Source of the DNA: Nemertoderma westbladi | Lineage: Eukaryota; Animalia; Xenacoelomorpha | Reading direction: 5' to 3' | Length of the DNA: 64,000 bases | NCBI GenBank assembly: GCA_032718475.1 | Contig: JAUCBJ010008068.1 | Location: 28,393-92,392, forward strand | Shown: positions 41,194-52,114 of the stretch, one piece after another | Layout: every line of letters begins with the position of its first letter | How positions within the stretch are numbered: position 1 is the first letter of the stretch | The notes under the pieces: model-generated | What the model saw: the letters and a program-made list of their open reading frames with translations, nothing else | Database searches by the model: none | Told to the model about the DNA's origin: nothing | Position numbers and translations under genes: made by a program

Positions 41194-44100
41194 TTCTTAT
41201 GCAGAATTCCTGCTACCATTATTGCAGTAACATGGTACTACCTGCCTCTGCCTGTCCCTACTTCCATGCTGAGTGGATGTAGGCTTTTCCCTGGTCCTAG
41301 AGCTGGACCCGCATACCTGGCTGCAGGGGTATGGGACTTGATCAGGCAGAAGGTCATCAACCAATGGCTGGTCAAGTATTAGGATGTACCTTGCGTCTAT
41401 AAAGACGAAGGTACCTCCCACTGCAAGCTGCACCTGTAACAGGGGTGTAGTATATGGCCTGGCAGATAAGCCACTTGCCAATGGTGGGCCATATGTACCA
41501 GGGGAGCTTTGGGAGATGGGCCCATTGTAACCCCACTGCAACACCCACCCTGTGGACTGGCAAACCAGGGTGTGGTACCTGCCCCGAGAGCGTACTCGGT
41601 AACAAAGCACCCCCCCTTTCTAACCACAATGGATAGTACCAGTAACGCGGAGGTCCGGCCATCTGGGGCCACTGGAGAACCCGGACTTACAAGGCCCCAC
41701 AGGCGCCAGTCTTCTCCTGACAGGCAGCCTGTATCCCAACCCCTAGGAGAGGGAGGAGCCGGCATTGCTTTACCCCTCCCTGATAATGACCCACTTGGCC
41801 CAAACCCTATTGGAGGGAGGCCAAATGGCGAAATTCAGTCTGGGATTTCCAATGCAGACTCTTCCCACTGGGCTCATGTACCATCGAGGCCCAAAAACCC
41901 CCTGGTGAACATGAGACAAGTTACCATGCTTGCCTCAATAAATCCCAGGACTCTCAACCCACCACTGCAACAAGGGGAACTTACTGCTCTTGCAGATAAG
42001 CTGAACCTGACTGCAGTCGGTATTCAGGAACACCGCATGAGGTGCTCTGAAGAGGTAAGATACCAGGATATGGGTGGTGGTTGGCAGCTTGTTCATTCCT
42101 CAGCGGATGATCAGGGAAACGGGGGAGTGGGTCTGCTTTTAAATCCAACTGCTTTTGCAGCACTAGACAAGGTAGAATCCATTTCCCCCCGTATAATTTG
42201 CTACCACTTCACTTGCACTGGTAAGATGGCAAAAAAGTTCCCCAAGGTTGTGATTATGGTATGCTATTCTCCAACTAGTACTGCTGATATAGCTGATGTA
42301 GACACATTCTATAACCAGCTGCAAGCAGCTACTGACTGTATAGACAAGCATGCCTTTCTCACTATCCTTGGCGACTTCAATGCCAGCTTACCAAGATACT
42401 CTTCTAACCCATGGGTTTATAGTGACACTGTAAACCGAAATTCAGGTCATTTGCAAGATTTTCTTCTGGCAAATGAGCTGTTTTCGGCCAATACAAATTT
42501 CCAAAAACGACCTGGAAAGCTGTACACCCATGTGGGACCCAGTGGTCATAAGTCCCAGATAGACCACCTCATCTTCCGTAAGAAATACAGAGAATCAATA
42601 ATTGACTGCTCTTCTCTCACAGTGCGGACATTTCAGACTGACCATCGATTGGTTATGGGAAAGACCAAATTAAGCCTTCGTGCAAACAAGGGTCTTAAAA
42701 AGTCCACCCCACATCATGACTGGTCTACCTTGGATAAAAACCCCATTATAAAGGATAACTTTACAATTGAGGTTACAAATAGATATTCCAGTCTCATAAA
42801 TGAAGAAATGAACCACTGTGAGAAATATACCCAGTTTGCTGCAGCAGTAAAGTCAGTTGCAAAGAAAACTGTTCCTCTAAAGCCACGGAAGTTGAAGAAG
42901 ATCCCCTGGGCAGACCAGCGCATTCTAGACCTGCGAGAGGCATTGAACAAAGCCCAAAGAGAGTATCGTAGCCGACGTACAACTTCTGCAAAAAATGCAG
43001 TGAAAGCTTCAGTGAAATCTCTAAACAAGCAATACTTGATTAATAAAGCAAAGCTTATCAGCGAGCAGGTTGATACTATCAATGCTGCTGACGAAAGCAG
43101 GAAATCTGCTGAAGCCTGGCAAGCAATCAACCTGCTCTCTGGAAGAAAAAGCCGACCAACTGCCAAGGTGAAGGCTGATTCTCCAGCCGACCGCTTGGCA
43201 GGCTGGAAGTCTCATTTCGAGAAATTGCTAAATAATGATCGAGAACTGACTGACGATTTCACTGTAAAGCCTGTGTCACACACAATACTCTCAGACATCC
43301 CAATTGGTGACATAACATTCGAAGAGGTCTTAACTGCTTCGAATGACATTAAAACCAATAGGGCATCTGGTGTTGATGATGTGCCTCCCGAGGTCTTTAA
43401 GATCAGAGAATGCCTTCAACTAGCCCACCCTATCCTAGTAGAAATGTACCGCACTAAGATTGCACCACAAGAACTGAAGACTAATCGGCTAACACCCGTT
43501 CCAAAGAAGGGCAACCTCTCCTATTTTGGTTCATATCGTGGAATTAGTCTAATCTCAATTGCAGCTAAATTATTCAACAGAATAATGCTGAATCGCATTA
43601 GGGATCCTGTAGAAAGACTCTTGCGTGGGAATCAAAATGGGTTTCGAAAAGGTAGAGGTACCTTTGAACCCATTCTGGCACTTAGAAGGATTATTGAAGA
43701 GGTTTCTACAAAGAAAGACAGACATTTGGCTGTCATATTTGTGGATTTCTTCAAGGCCTTCGATTCCGTGTCACGCCCACGCATGTTCCAAATTCTTCAG
43801 GCATATGGGATCCCCAATGAGATCATTAATGCAATCAGATCAGTATATGACGGTTCCACGACCTTTGTATCCACTACTGATGGAGACACAGACCCATTTG
43901 AGGTTCTCTGGGGTGTCCTTCAAGGAGACACATTAGCCCCGTTCCTCTTCATTATTGTGGTGGACTATGTGCTGCGGACATCACTCGATCTTCATGAAGC
44001 TGATGGGGTGGAAATATCTCCACCATCAGGTAGCCGTAGACGTGGTTCCCCAGCAGAACATCTAACCGACCTTGACTTTGCAGATGACCTTGGTTTACTG

Positions 44101-44877
44101 TCAGAGACATTAGAAGGAGCACAGAAGCTGCTATCTAGCTTAGAGGAGGCTGCATCTAGTGTTGGCCTCTTTGTGAATAGCACAAAGACCAAAATTCTGA
44201 CAGTAAACATGGATTCAGATCAGCAGAAAATTGATCGGGATAACATTCAATCGCTGGATGGACTGGTAAGTCATGTGAACGACTTCTGCTACCTTGGATC
44301 ATGGGTTCGGAGGTCTGCTGAAGATCTCCGAATTCGCAAAGGGAAAGCCTGGTCCGCCATCCACAAGCTATCCAGGATCTGGAAGAGCTCTGACATCTCA
44401 TGCTCTTTAAAGGTACGCCTTTTCCGTGCAGCAGTGGAGCCTGTGCTGCTCTATGGCAGCCCATGCTGGGCTCTAACTGCTGAAGACACCAGGTCCTTGG
44501 ATGGCACATACACCAGGATGCTTCGCCGGGTGCACAACATAGCATATGATGCACACATAAGCAATGAGGTGTTATATAAATATGGTAACATCTCATTGCC
44601 AAGACCTAGCATCACCCTGCAGAAACGCCGTCTAATGCTTGCTGGGCACTGTTTCCGCCGGCAGGATCAACCTGTACACAACCTTGTGCTGTGGCAGCCT
44701 GCTGGCGAGAATAGACGTGGTGGACAGCCAATGACTTTCCTCAAACGCCTGCTCAAGGACACAGGACTTGAGAACAGGAATGAATTAGGAAATTGTATGG
44801 CTGACCGCAAGATCTGGGGGCGCTATGTTTCTGGGGCCGCCGGCACTGCACCCTAGTGCAAGCCGATCATCATCATC
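41118..44877 (+). mobile_element. Full-length, apparently intact RTE-clade non-LTR retrotransposon
   Basis: 11-bp TSD AAGGTCAGCGA at 41107-41117 and 44878-44888; ~500-nt leader; single ORF; 3' hairpin over the stop codon; (ATC)4 tail. Confidence 0.95.
41629..44856 (+). CDS. RTE ORF: AP-like endonuclease plus reverse transcriptase (first ATG 41629; frame open from 41509)
   Basis: APE motifs GIQEH, GGVG, YSPT, ILGDFNA, QIDH, TDH; RT motifs YRGISL, QNGFR, FVDFFKAFDSV, GVLQGDTLAPFLF, LDFADD, YLGS; RTE-type C-terminal RRLMLAGHCFRR; no internal stops. Confidence 0.96.
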   Translation: MDSTSNAEVRPSGATGEPGLTRPHRRQSSPDRQPVSQPLGEGGAGIALPLPDNDPLGPNPIGGRPNGEIQSGISNADSSHWAHVPSRPKNPLVNMRQVTMLASINPRTLNPPLQQGELTALADKLNLTAVGIQEHRMRCSEEVRYQDMGGGWQLVHSSADDQGNGGVGLLLNPTAFAALDKVESISPRIICYHFTCTGKMAKKFPKVVIMVCYSPTSTADIADVDTFYNQLQAATDCIDKHAFLTILGDFNASLPRYSSNPWVYSDTVNRNSGHLQDFLLANELFSANTNFQKRPGKLYTHVGPSGHKSQIDHLIFRKKYRESIIDCSSLTVRTFQTDHRLVMGKTKLSLRANKGLKKSTPHHDWSTLDKNPIIKDNFTIEVTNRYSSLINEEMNHCEKYTQFAAAVKSVAKKTVPLKPRKLKKIPWADQRILDLREALNKAQREYRSRRTTSAKNAVKASVKSLNKQYLINKAKLISEQVDTINAADESRKSAEAWQAINLLSGRKSRPTAKVKADSPADRLAGWKSHFEKLLNNDRELTDDFTVKPVSHTILSDIPIGDITFEEVLTASNDIKTNRASGVDDVPPEVFKIRECLQLAHPILVEMYRTKIAPQELKTNRLTPVPKKGNLSYFGSYRGISLISIAAKLFNRIMLNRIRDPVERLLRGNQNGFRKGRGTFEPILALRRIIEEVSTKKDRHLAVIFVDFFKAFDSVSRPRMFQILQAYGIPNEIINAIRSVYDGSTTFVSTTDGDTDPFEVLWGVLQGDTLAPFLFIIVVDYVLRTSLDLHEADGVEISPPSGSRRRGSPAEHLTDLDFADDLGLLSETLEGAQKLLSSLEEAASSVGLFVNSTKTKILTVNMDSDQQKIDRDNIQSLDGLVSHVNDFCYLGSWVRRSAEDLRIRKGKAWSAIHKLSRIWKSSDISCSLKVRLFRAAVEPVLLYGSPCWALTAEDTRSLDGTYTRMLRRVHNIAYDAHISNEVLYKYGNISLPRPSITLQKRRLMLAGHCFRRQDQPVHNLVLWQPAGENRRGGQPMTFLKRLLKDTGLENRNELGNCMADRKIWGRYVSGAAGTAP

Positions 44878-45297
44878 AAGGTCAGCGAAATATCTATATT
44901 TAATGAGACACTATACTAGCTCATAAACTGTTAGGCCCGGGTCACACATGAGCTTTCAACTTTCAATTAAATTTTCAATTAAATGAGAGAACATATGGGG
45001 ACGTTCACACAGTTCACACATTATAGCAGCAACAGTGTATAACACGTCCGTGAGACCTTCGCGCAGCACGAGTCAGTCTGACGAGACTGAGAAGCAGTAA
45101 TCCGTGTACTTGTTTGTATTTACAATAAGCCGTAATGGGAATGACAGAAACTATAGAAGTCTGTTTGTGTGTAGAATCTTATAATAGCGTACATGGGGGG
45201 GGGGGGGGGGGGGGGGGGGGGGGTAGGGGTAACAGGAAAACCCGGAAATTATGGTCTCAAACAAATTATTGTGCTAGTGACTTATTCTGTAAGTCGA

Positions 45298-45548
45298 GTA
45301 TTGGGCAAGTTACCTAATGGTAAAGTGACCTACTTTCGGTTAAAAATGAAATATATTGGGCAAGTGACCTAAAATATTTGTTTAATGGGCAAGTGACCTA
45401 TTGGGAAAGTGTCCTGTTGGGCAAGTATCTGCATCCCCCTTCACATACATTTCATTACTTGTTATTGGGACTACAGGCTGAACATGGTTCCACGGGATGC
45501 AGTCAATTGCCCGATATACTACTTGCCCAATGAGTCACTTTCCCAAAA
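45298..45548. repeat. Relic termini of a DNA element with ~15-bp subterminal repeats in opposite orientations
   Basis: TATTGGGCAAGTGACC-like units ending CTGCATCCC (~45430-45438), then GGGATGCAG (~45494) followed by ACTTGCCCAA / CACTTTCCCAA. Confidence 0.55.
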
Positions 45549-45874
45549 ACTTGCTCAAAATTCCAACGATTCTAGAAAATTTAATTGACATCCTTTAAAC
45601 ATGCGTCTAATACATGCCACATATTGATAATAAATGTTCCGGTTATGGAATTAACCTCAAATTATTTATGTTCATAATTATTTCACAAACCCTACATTCT
45701 ACAAACTTAATTTCCGCACTTCCATAACAATAAAGACATGTTAGCGCTGTTTCTTTCAACGTTATTATATCGCTTTGAACGCTATAGTTAGTTATAAAGA
45801 TATCCAGATGTATAGTTATTATAACCTTGTATACTTGTTCCTTTTCATCTATATCTCCCTTACAAACCTTTATG

Positions 45875-46028
45875 TTATGAAGCTCTGTGGATTGAGAACT
45901 GCGCGCAACTGGGTGAGCGTTGGACTTTGATGGAGGGCCGTTTAGGAATTCTGATACTCAGAGTTTTCGTGGGATCTCGACGTGGTGGCATTGGTGACGC
46001 GTTAGGGTTGGGAGGTCTGATTAGGAAA
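45875..46028 (-). CDS. slo2: Slo2/KCNT potassium channel, terminal coding exon
   Basis: tttatttag acceptor, phase 2; completes (I)FLIRPPNPNASPMPPRR...RAS-stop; junction gives LELNDVIFLIRP, matching the KCNT motif ending D(I/L)(V/I)YL(I/V)R. Confidence 0.82.
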
Positions 46029-46262
46029 CTAAATAAAATAATAAATGTACGAGGTTACCGGTATATTCCGGATCCTTTTTGTACGTGAGTCGTACGAACA
46101 GGAAGATTGAGAACGGGGTAGGGTGGGTCTGGATATTAATTCGTTTAATATTATATGCGGCTTACAAACGGTACTATTCTTAATTACCGGTACTCTCCTC
46201 ATCAATAACTTAATAAACAGCGGAGATAATAATTTAACAAATATACACCGGTAGTAACTCAC

Positions 46263-46347
46263 ATTACGTCGTTTAACTCCAGTTTGAGGTCGTAATCCGG
46301 GTTGAGCATTATGTAGGACAAAGTATTTCGTTTCTCGCAAACTTCTT
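46263..46347 (-). CDS. slo2: Slo2/KCNT potassium channel, penultimate coding exon
   Basis: ctttatag acceptor, gtgagt donor, phase 1-2; (E)EVCEKRNTLSYIMLNPDYDLKLELNDV, resembling KCNT1 NTLSYVLINPPPDTRLE as recalled. Confidence 0.88.
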
Positions 46348-46437
46348 CTATAAAGAAAATGACGAAAATGCACAATTATATATTAATATACGAGATAGGG
46401 CATATCAATGTTCCGAAATATTCACAGGATATCGTTA

Positions 46438-48319
46438 CCAATAGATTGTTCCCAATAGATTGTTCACAATAGATTGTTCCCAATAGATTGTACCCAAGAC
46501 ATTGTTCCCAATAGATTGTTCACAATAGATTGTACCCAATAGATTGTTCCCAATATATTGTTCCCAATAGATTGTTCCCAATATATTATTCCAAATAGAT
46601 TGTTCCCAATAGATTGTTCCCAATAGATTGTTCCCAATAGATTGTTCCCAATAGATTGTTCCCAATAGATTGTTCCCAATAGATTGTTCCCAATAGATTG
46701 TTCCCAATAGATTGTTCACAATAGATTGTTCCCAATAGATTGTTCCCAATAGATTGTTCCCAATAGATTGTTCCCAATATATTGTTCCCAATATATTGTT
46801 CCCAATAGATTGTTCCCAATAGATTGTTCCCAATAGATTGTTCCCAATAGATTGTTCCCAATAGATTGTTCCCAATAGATTGTTCCCAATAGATTGTTCC
46901 CAATAGATTGTTCCCAATATATTGTTCCCAATATATTGTTCCCAATAGATTGTTCCCAATATATTGTTCCCAATAGATTGTTCCCAATAGATTGTTCCCA
47001 ATAGATTGTTCCCAATAGATTGTTCCCAATAGATTGTTCCCAATAGATTGTTCCCAATAGATTGTTCCCAATAGATTGTTCCCAATAGATTGTTCCCAAT
47101 AGATTGTTCACAATAGATTGTTCCCAATAGATTGTTCCCAATAGATTGTTCCCAATAGGTTGTTCCCAATAGATTGTTCCCAATAGATTGTACCCAAAAC
47201 ATTGTTCCCTATAGATTGTTCCCAATATATTGTTCCAAATAGATTGTTCCCAATAGATTGTTCCCAATAGATTGTTCCCAATAGATTGTTCCCAATATAT
47301 TGTTCCCAATAGATTGTTCCCAATAGATTGTTCCCAATAGATTGTTCCCAATAGATTGTTCCCAATATATTGTTCCCAATATATTGTTCCCAATAGATTG
47401 TTCCCAATATATTGTTCCCAATAGATTGTTCCCAATAGATTGTTCCCAATAGATTGTTCCCAATATATTGTTCCCAATAGATTGTTCCCAATAGATTGTT
47501 CCCAATAGATTGTTCCCAATAGATTGTTCCCAATAGATTGTTCCCTATAGATTGTTCCCAATATATTGTTCCCAATATATTGTTCCCAATAGATTGTTCC
47601 CAATAGATTGTTCCCAATAGATTGTTCCCAATAGATTGTTCCCAATAGATTGTTCCCAATAGATTGTTCCCTATAGATTGTTCCCAATATATTGTTCCCA
47701 ATATATTATTCCAAATAGATTGTTCCCAATAGATTGTACACCAATAGATTGTTCCCAATATATTGTTCCCAATAGATTGTTCCCAATATATTGTTCCCAA
47801 TAGATTGTTCCGAATAGATTGTTCCCAATAGATTGTTCCCAATAGATTGTTCCCAATAGATTGTTCCCAATAGATTGTTCCCAATATATTGTTCCCAATA
47901 GATTGTTCCCAATAGATTGTTCCCAATAGATTGTTCCCAATATATTGTTCCCAATAGATTGTTCCCAATAGATTGTTCCCAATAGATTGTTCCCAATAGA
48001 TTGTTCCCAATAGATTGTTCCCAATAGATTGTTCCCAATAGATTGTTCCCAATAGATTGTTCCCAATAGATTGTTCCCAATAGATTGTTCCCAATAGATT
48101 GTTCCCAATAGATTGTTCCCTATAGATTGTTCCCAATATATTGTTCCCAATATATTATTCCAAATAGATTGTTCCCAATAGATTGTACACCAATAGATTG
48201 TTCCCAATATATTGTTCCCAATAGATTGTTCCCAATATATTGTTCCCAATAGATTGTTCCGAATAGATTGTTCCCAATAGATTGTTCCCAATATATTATT
48301 CCCAATAGATTGTTCCCAA
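46438..48319. repeat. 14-bp minisatellite (CCAATAGATTGTTC), ~135 copies, in a KCNT intron
   Basis: Direct reading; source of the GTIYWEQSIGNNLL pseudo-ORFs. Confidence 0.98.
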
Positions 48320-48473
48320 CACATATGACCGTGTTTTCGGTACAACCCTCCCCGATTGGAGCCACGATTTTCTCGACATAATGCGCTCAATGATCGGGAA
48401 TGCCTGCGGATAAACTTTAGTACTCGATATTATTTTTTTTACTCAACTAATTAGTCTATAATTGAAGACGTAC

Positions 48474-48612
48474 CGTAATCGATGTCTCTCATTCCCAGAC
48501 ACCGCATCCGCATTTTAACGCTGTTGTTGAGGTCTTCTCGTTCCGCCGTTATATTAGCCAATATGCAGGAATCGCTGCTGCTGTCCAATGATACATCGTC
48601 ACATAAGTTGGG
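48474..48612 (-). CDS. slo2: Slo2/KCNT potassium channel, third-last coding exon
   Basis: tattttag acceptor, gtacgt donor, phase 0-1; ...AEREDLNNSVKMRMRCLGMRDIDY, resembling KCNT1 [24 protein letters not shown] as recalled; phase-compatible with the next exon. Confidence 0.85.
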
Positions 48613-48836
48613 CTAAAATAAATGACAGAATATTTAAGAAACATTATCGTTTTTATCAAATGTGTTTTTTGCTGCCAGTTTGATTGGCTGGGTTTTGGTA
48701 CGTTATTGTCAAATTTATTTCGTTTCAATAAAAACGTGATGAAAAAAATTGTCAAAACGCGGAAAAAGGGCACTAAAATATGGATCAATGAAAAATGGTT
48801 ATTTAATGGATACGATTAGCAAGAGTGGTTAATTCA

Positions 48837-49258
48837 TTGTCAATGTCAATGTCAATGTCAATGTCAATGTCAATGTCAATGTCAATGTCAATGTCAATGT
48901 CAATGTCAATGTCAATGTCAATGTCAATGTCAATGTCAATGTCAATGTCAATGTCAATGTCAATGTCAATGTCAATGTGAATGTGAATGTGAATGTGAAT
49001 GTGAATGTGAATGTGAATGTGAATGTGAATGTGAATGTGAATGTGAATGCTGAATGTGAATGTGAATGTGAATGTGCCAATGTGAATGTGAATGTGAATG
49101 TGAATGTGAATGTGAATGTGAACCTGTGAGATGCTGAATGTGAATGTGAATGTGATTGGTGAATGTGAATGTGACCCCATGTGAACCTGTGAATGTGAAT
49201 GTGACATGTGAATGAATGACCATGTGAATGTGAATGTGAATGTGAATGTGAATGTGAA
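48837..49258. repeat. Compound hexanucleotide microsatellite (TGTCAA)n then (TGTGAA)n
   Basis: Direct reading; switch of motif near 48976. Confidence 0.98.
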
Positions 49259-49680
49259 ACAATCAACAAATTAGTATCTACACAGGTTATAAGATAGTAC
49301 AAATTCTTCATATATACAATTAAAATAAAATTTCGACCGCAATTCTTCAATTCGCAATTCTAAAAACCTGCAAATTCTTCACGGACATGTGCGGCATTAT
49401 CTCCCCGCTTATCGCAGCATTTAGTATTATTTCATCATCATCTCCCATTTATCACCGTCACCCACAATATCACTATAATAGCAATGACGCACGTTTCCTT
49501 CTATATTATTCCTTCCAACCAATAAGCTAGGAGCTAACTAATTGGTGTTTGTAATGCCATCCATTCTACAGTTCGTAGAAAATAATTCCTTCCAATTCCA
49601 TTCAACCAATAGCAGTTAGGCTTTATTGTAAGCCAAACAATTCTAGCTCATTCATTGGATAAAATTATACTGTGCCGTAA

Positions 49681-49749
49681 TGGAAGTTCCAGATTGTTCT
49701 AAGTTGTGATTCTCGAAAGTTCGAGATGTGGATAGAGAACTATATATAA
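49681..49749 (+). promoter_or_regulatory. Heat-shock promoter: HSEs and TATA box
   Basis: Perfect 3-unit HSE aTTCt-cGAAa-gTTCg at 49709-49723, imperfect HSE tGGAa-gTTCc-aGATt-gTTCt at 49681-49700, TATATATAA at 49741-49749; CCAAT motifs further upstream. Confidence 0.88.
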
Positions 49750-49947
49750 CCCCTTTCTATTGTGAGTTTTCATAACAAATTTTAAAATAATTATCGATAC
49801 AATTAAATTTCTTAAATTAATAGAGAAAAAACTTTAACTTTGTCTTTAGCTAAATCGAAAATATTGTATTTGTGTACATAATTTTATAAATATTGTTTGG
49901 ATACCTTGACTTAGAATCAGTTAATATACTACAAACAGAAGATAACA

Positions 49948-51903
49948 ATGTCTAAAGCTCCGACGATTGGTATCGATCTTGGGACGACCTACTCCTGTGT
50001 TGGCGTCTTCCAGCACGGTAAAGTCGAAATAATTGCCAACGACCAGGGCAACAGAACTACGCCATCTTACGTCGCTTTCACTGACTCAGAACGATTAATT
50101 GGCGACGCCGCGAAAAACCAAGTGGCTCTAAACCCAAGTAATACAGTATTCGATGCAAAGCGTTTGATTGGTCGACGATTCGATGATCGAACTGTACAAA
50201 GTGATATCAGATTGTGGCCTTTCAAAGTTATTTCGGAGGGCGAAAAACCAAAGATTCAAGTGGAATACAAAGGCGAAATGAAATCTTTCTTCGCCGAAGA
50301 AATCAGTTCTATGATTTTAACTAAAATGAAAGAAACCGCAGAGGCTTATCTTGGCAAAACAGTTAAAGACGCTGTTATTACTGTTCCCGCTTATTTCAAT
50401 GATAGTCAACGACAGGCTACTAAAGATGCTGGAGCTATAGCTGGCCTCAATGTTCTAAGAATTATAAACGAACCAACAGCTGCGGCTATTGCCTACGGGT
50501 TAAATAAGACAACCCAGCAGGAGAAAAACGTCTTAATATTTGACCTTGGAGGCGGCACATTTGATGTTTCCACACTATCCATAGACGGCGGAATATTTGA
50601 GGTGAAGTCAACCGCCGGGAACACCCATTTGGGGGGAGAGGACTTCGACAACCGTCTTGTTAATCATTTAATTCAGGAGTTCAAAAGGAAACACAAGAAA
50701 GACATAAGTTATAACAAGCGATCCGTACGACGACTGAGGACGGCTTGCGAACGAGCTAAGCGAACACTGTCCTCGAGCACGCAGGCTTCCATTGAGATCG
50801 ATTCGCTGTTCGAAGGGATCGACTTCTATTCGTCGGTTTCGCGAGCGCGGTTCGAGGAACTTTGCGCTGATCTATTCCGTGACACGCTGATACCCGTAGA
50901 GAAGGCGTTACGCGATGCGAAGTTCGACAAGAGCGACATTCACGATGTGGTTCTTGTCGGTGGGTCCACTCGTATTCCCAAGATCCAGAAGCTGTTACGC
51001 GACTTCTTCAACGGTAAAGATCTATGTAAGTCCATCAACCCAGATGAGGCTGTGGCCTATGGGGCTGCCGTTCAAGGAGCTATTCTATCCAATGATAATT
51101 CAACCGAAATTAAAGATGTTCTCCTATTGGATGTGGCTCCACTTTCTTTGGGTATTGAGACTGCCGGGGGAATTATGACAGCAATAATTGACAGAAACAC
51201 AACCGTCCCGAAGAAAGTGACGAAAACCTTCTCTACCTACTCCGACAATCAGCCTGGAGTTCTCATTCAAGTATTTGAGGGGGAAAGAAAAATGACTAAG
51301 GACAATAACCTACTTGGGGAGTTCCAGTTGTCTGGAATAGCTCCGGCTCCACGAGGGGTACCTCAGATTGATGTTACATTCGATATCGACGCCAATGGAA
51401 TCCTCAATGTTACTGCAGCTGATAAATCGACAGGTAAGGAGAATAAAATTACAATAACCAACGATAAGGGACGTCTTAGTAACGCTGACATTGAGAGGAT
51501 GGTCGATGAAGCCGTACGCTTTAAAGCAGACGATGAGGCTCAAGCTGAAAGAATTCAATCGAAAAACGGACTTGAATCATTTGTTTACCACGTAAAGCAA
51601 ACAGTAGAAGATAATCAAGTTAAAGATAAAATATCGCAGGAGAATAAGAAGATTGTGTTAGATAAGTGCGAGGAGACCATAAAATGGCTTAATTCAAACC
51701 AATCGGCAGAGAAAGACGAGTTTGTTTACCATCAGAAAGAATTGGAGAAAATCTCCCATCCGATAATATCTCGGCTGTATCAGAATGGATACGGTGGTGC
51801 AGGAGAACCAGCTAATGGCATGTCTGGTGGAGGCGACCCTCGGACTTCGGGGAATCCTGGTGCTTCAACATCGAATGGACCAACTATAGAAGAAGTTAAC
51901 TGA
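49948..51903 (+). CDS. hsp70: Cytosolic heat shock protein 70, intronless, inducible type (651 aa)
   Basis: Signatures [42 protein letters not shown]; C-terminus GPTIEEVN; HSE/TATA upstream. Confidence 0.99.
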   Translation: MSKAPTIGIDLGTTYSCVGVFQHGKVEIIANDQGNRTTPSYVAFTDSERLIGDAAKNQVALNPSNTVFDAKRLIGRRFDDRTVQSDIRLWPFKVISEGEKPKIQVEYKGEMKSFFAEEISSMILTKMKETAEAYLGKTVKDAVITVPAYFNDSQRQATKDAGAIAGLNVLRIINEPTAAAIAYGLNKTTQQEKNVLIFDLGGGTFDVSTLSIDGGIFEVKSTAGNTHLGGEDFDNRLVNHLIQEFKRKHKKDISYNKRSVRRLRTACERAKRTLSSSTQASIEIDSLFEGIDFYSSVSRARFEELCADLFRDTLIPVEKALRDAKFDKSDIHDVVLVGGSTRIPKIQKLLRDFFNGKDLCKSINPDEAVAYGAAVQGAILSNDNSTEIKDVLLLDVAPLSLGIETAGGIMTAIIDRNTTVPKKVTKTFSTYSDNQPGVLIQVFEGERKMTKDNNLLGEFQLSGIAPAPRGVPQIDVTFDIDANGILNVTAADKSTGKENKITITNDKGRLSNADIERMVDEAVRFKADDEAQAERIQSKNGLESFVYHVKQTVEDNQVKDKISQENKKIVLDKCEETIKWLNSNQSAEKDEFVYHQKELEKISHPIISRLYQNGYGGAGEPANGMSGGGDPRTSGNPGASTSNGPTIEEVN

Positions 51904-52114
51904 ACTGAGAGAAAATATGAAAGGAACTGCCCGTCCTGATCTGGGAATTAAACTTTTACTTTAAACTGATCATTTAAACATCTACTAAATATTTTATTTA
52001 CTTGTTAGATTAGTGTTGTTTGGAACAATTTGCAATTTATATTTTATTTTGTAATTTTTAATTTTATTTTGCCTACGATATGGCAGCGAGTTACTGTAAA
52101 ATGATCTGTAATTA

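Noticed and set aside
41118-41628. Canonical HDV-like, hammerhead or twister ribozyme; HCV-type IRES
   Set aside because: Core motifs not found by eye; the TGTGGTACCTGCC resemblance to HCV IRES is too short to support a call. A covariance search is needed.
45195-45223. Long G homopolymers (also near 30802) as functional G-quadruplexes
   Set aside because: Simple runs of uncertain length with no supporting context.
46069-46138. Extra KCNT exon
   Set aside because: Would leave a 30-nt intron, and the flanking exons already join in frame with continuous KCNT similarity.
46435-49350. GTIYWEQSIGNNLL, poly-HI and poly-TL ORFs
   Set aside because: Translations of 14-bp and 6-bp simple repeats.
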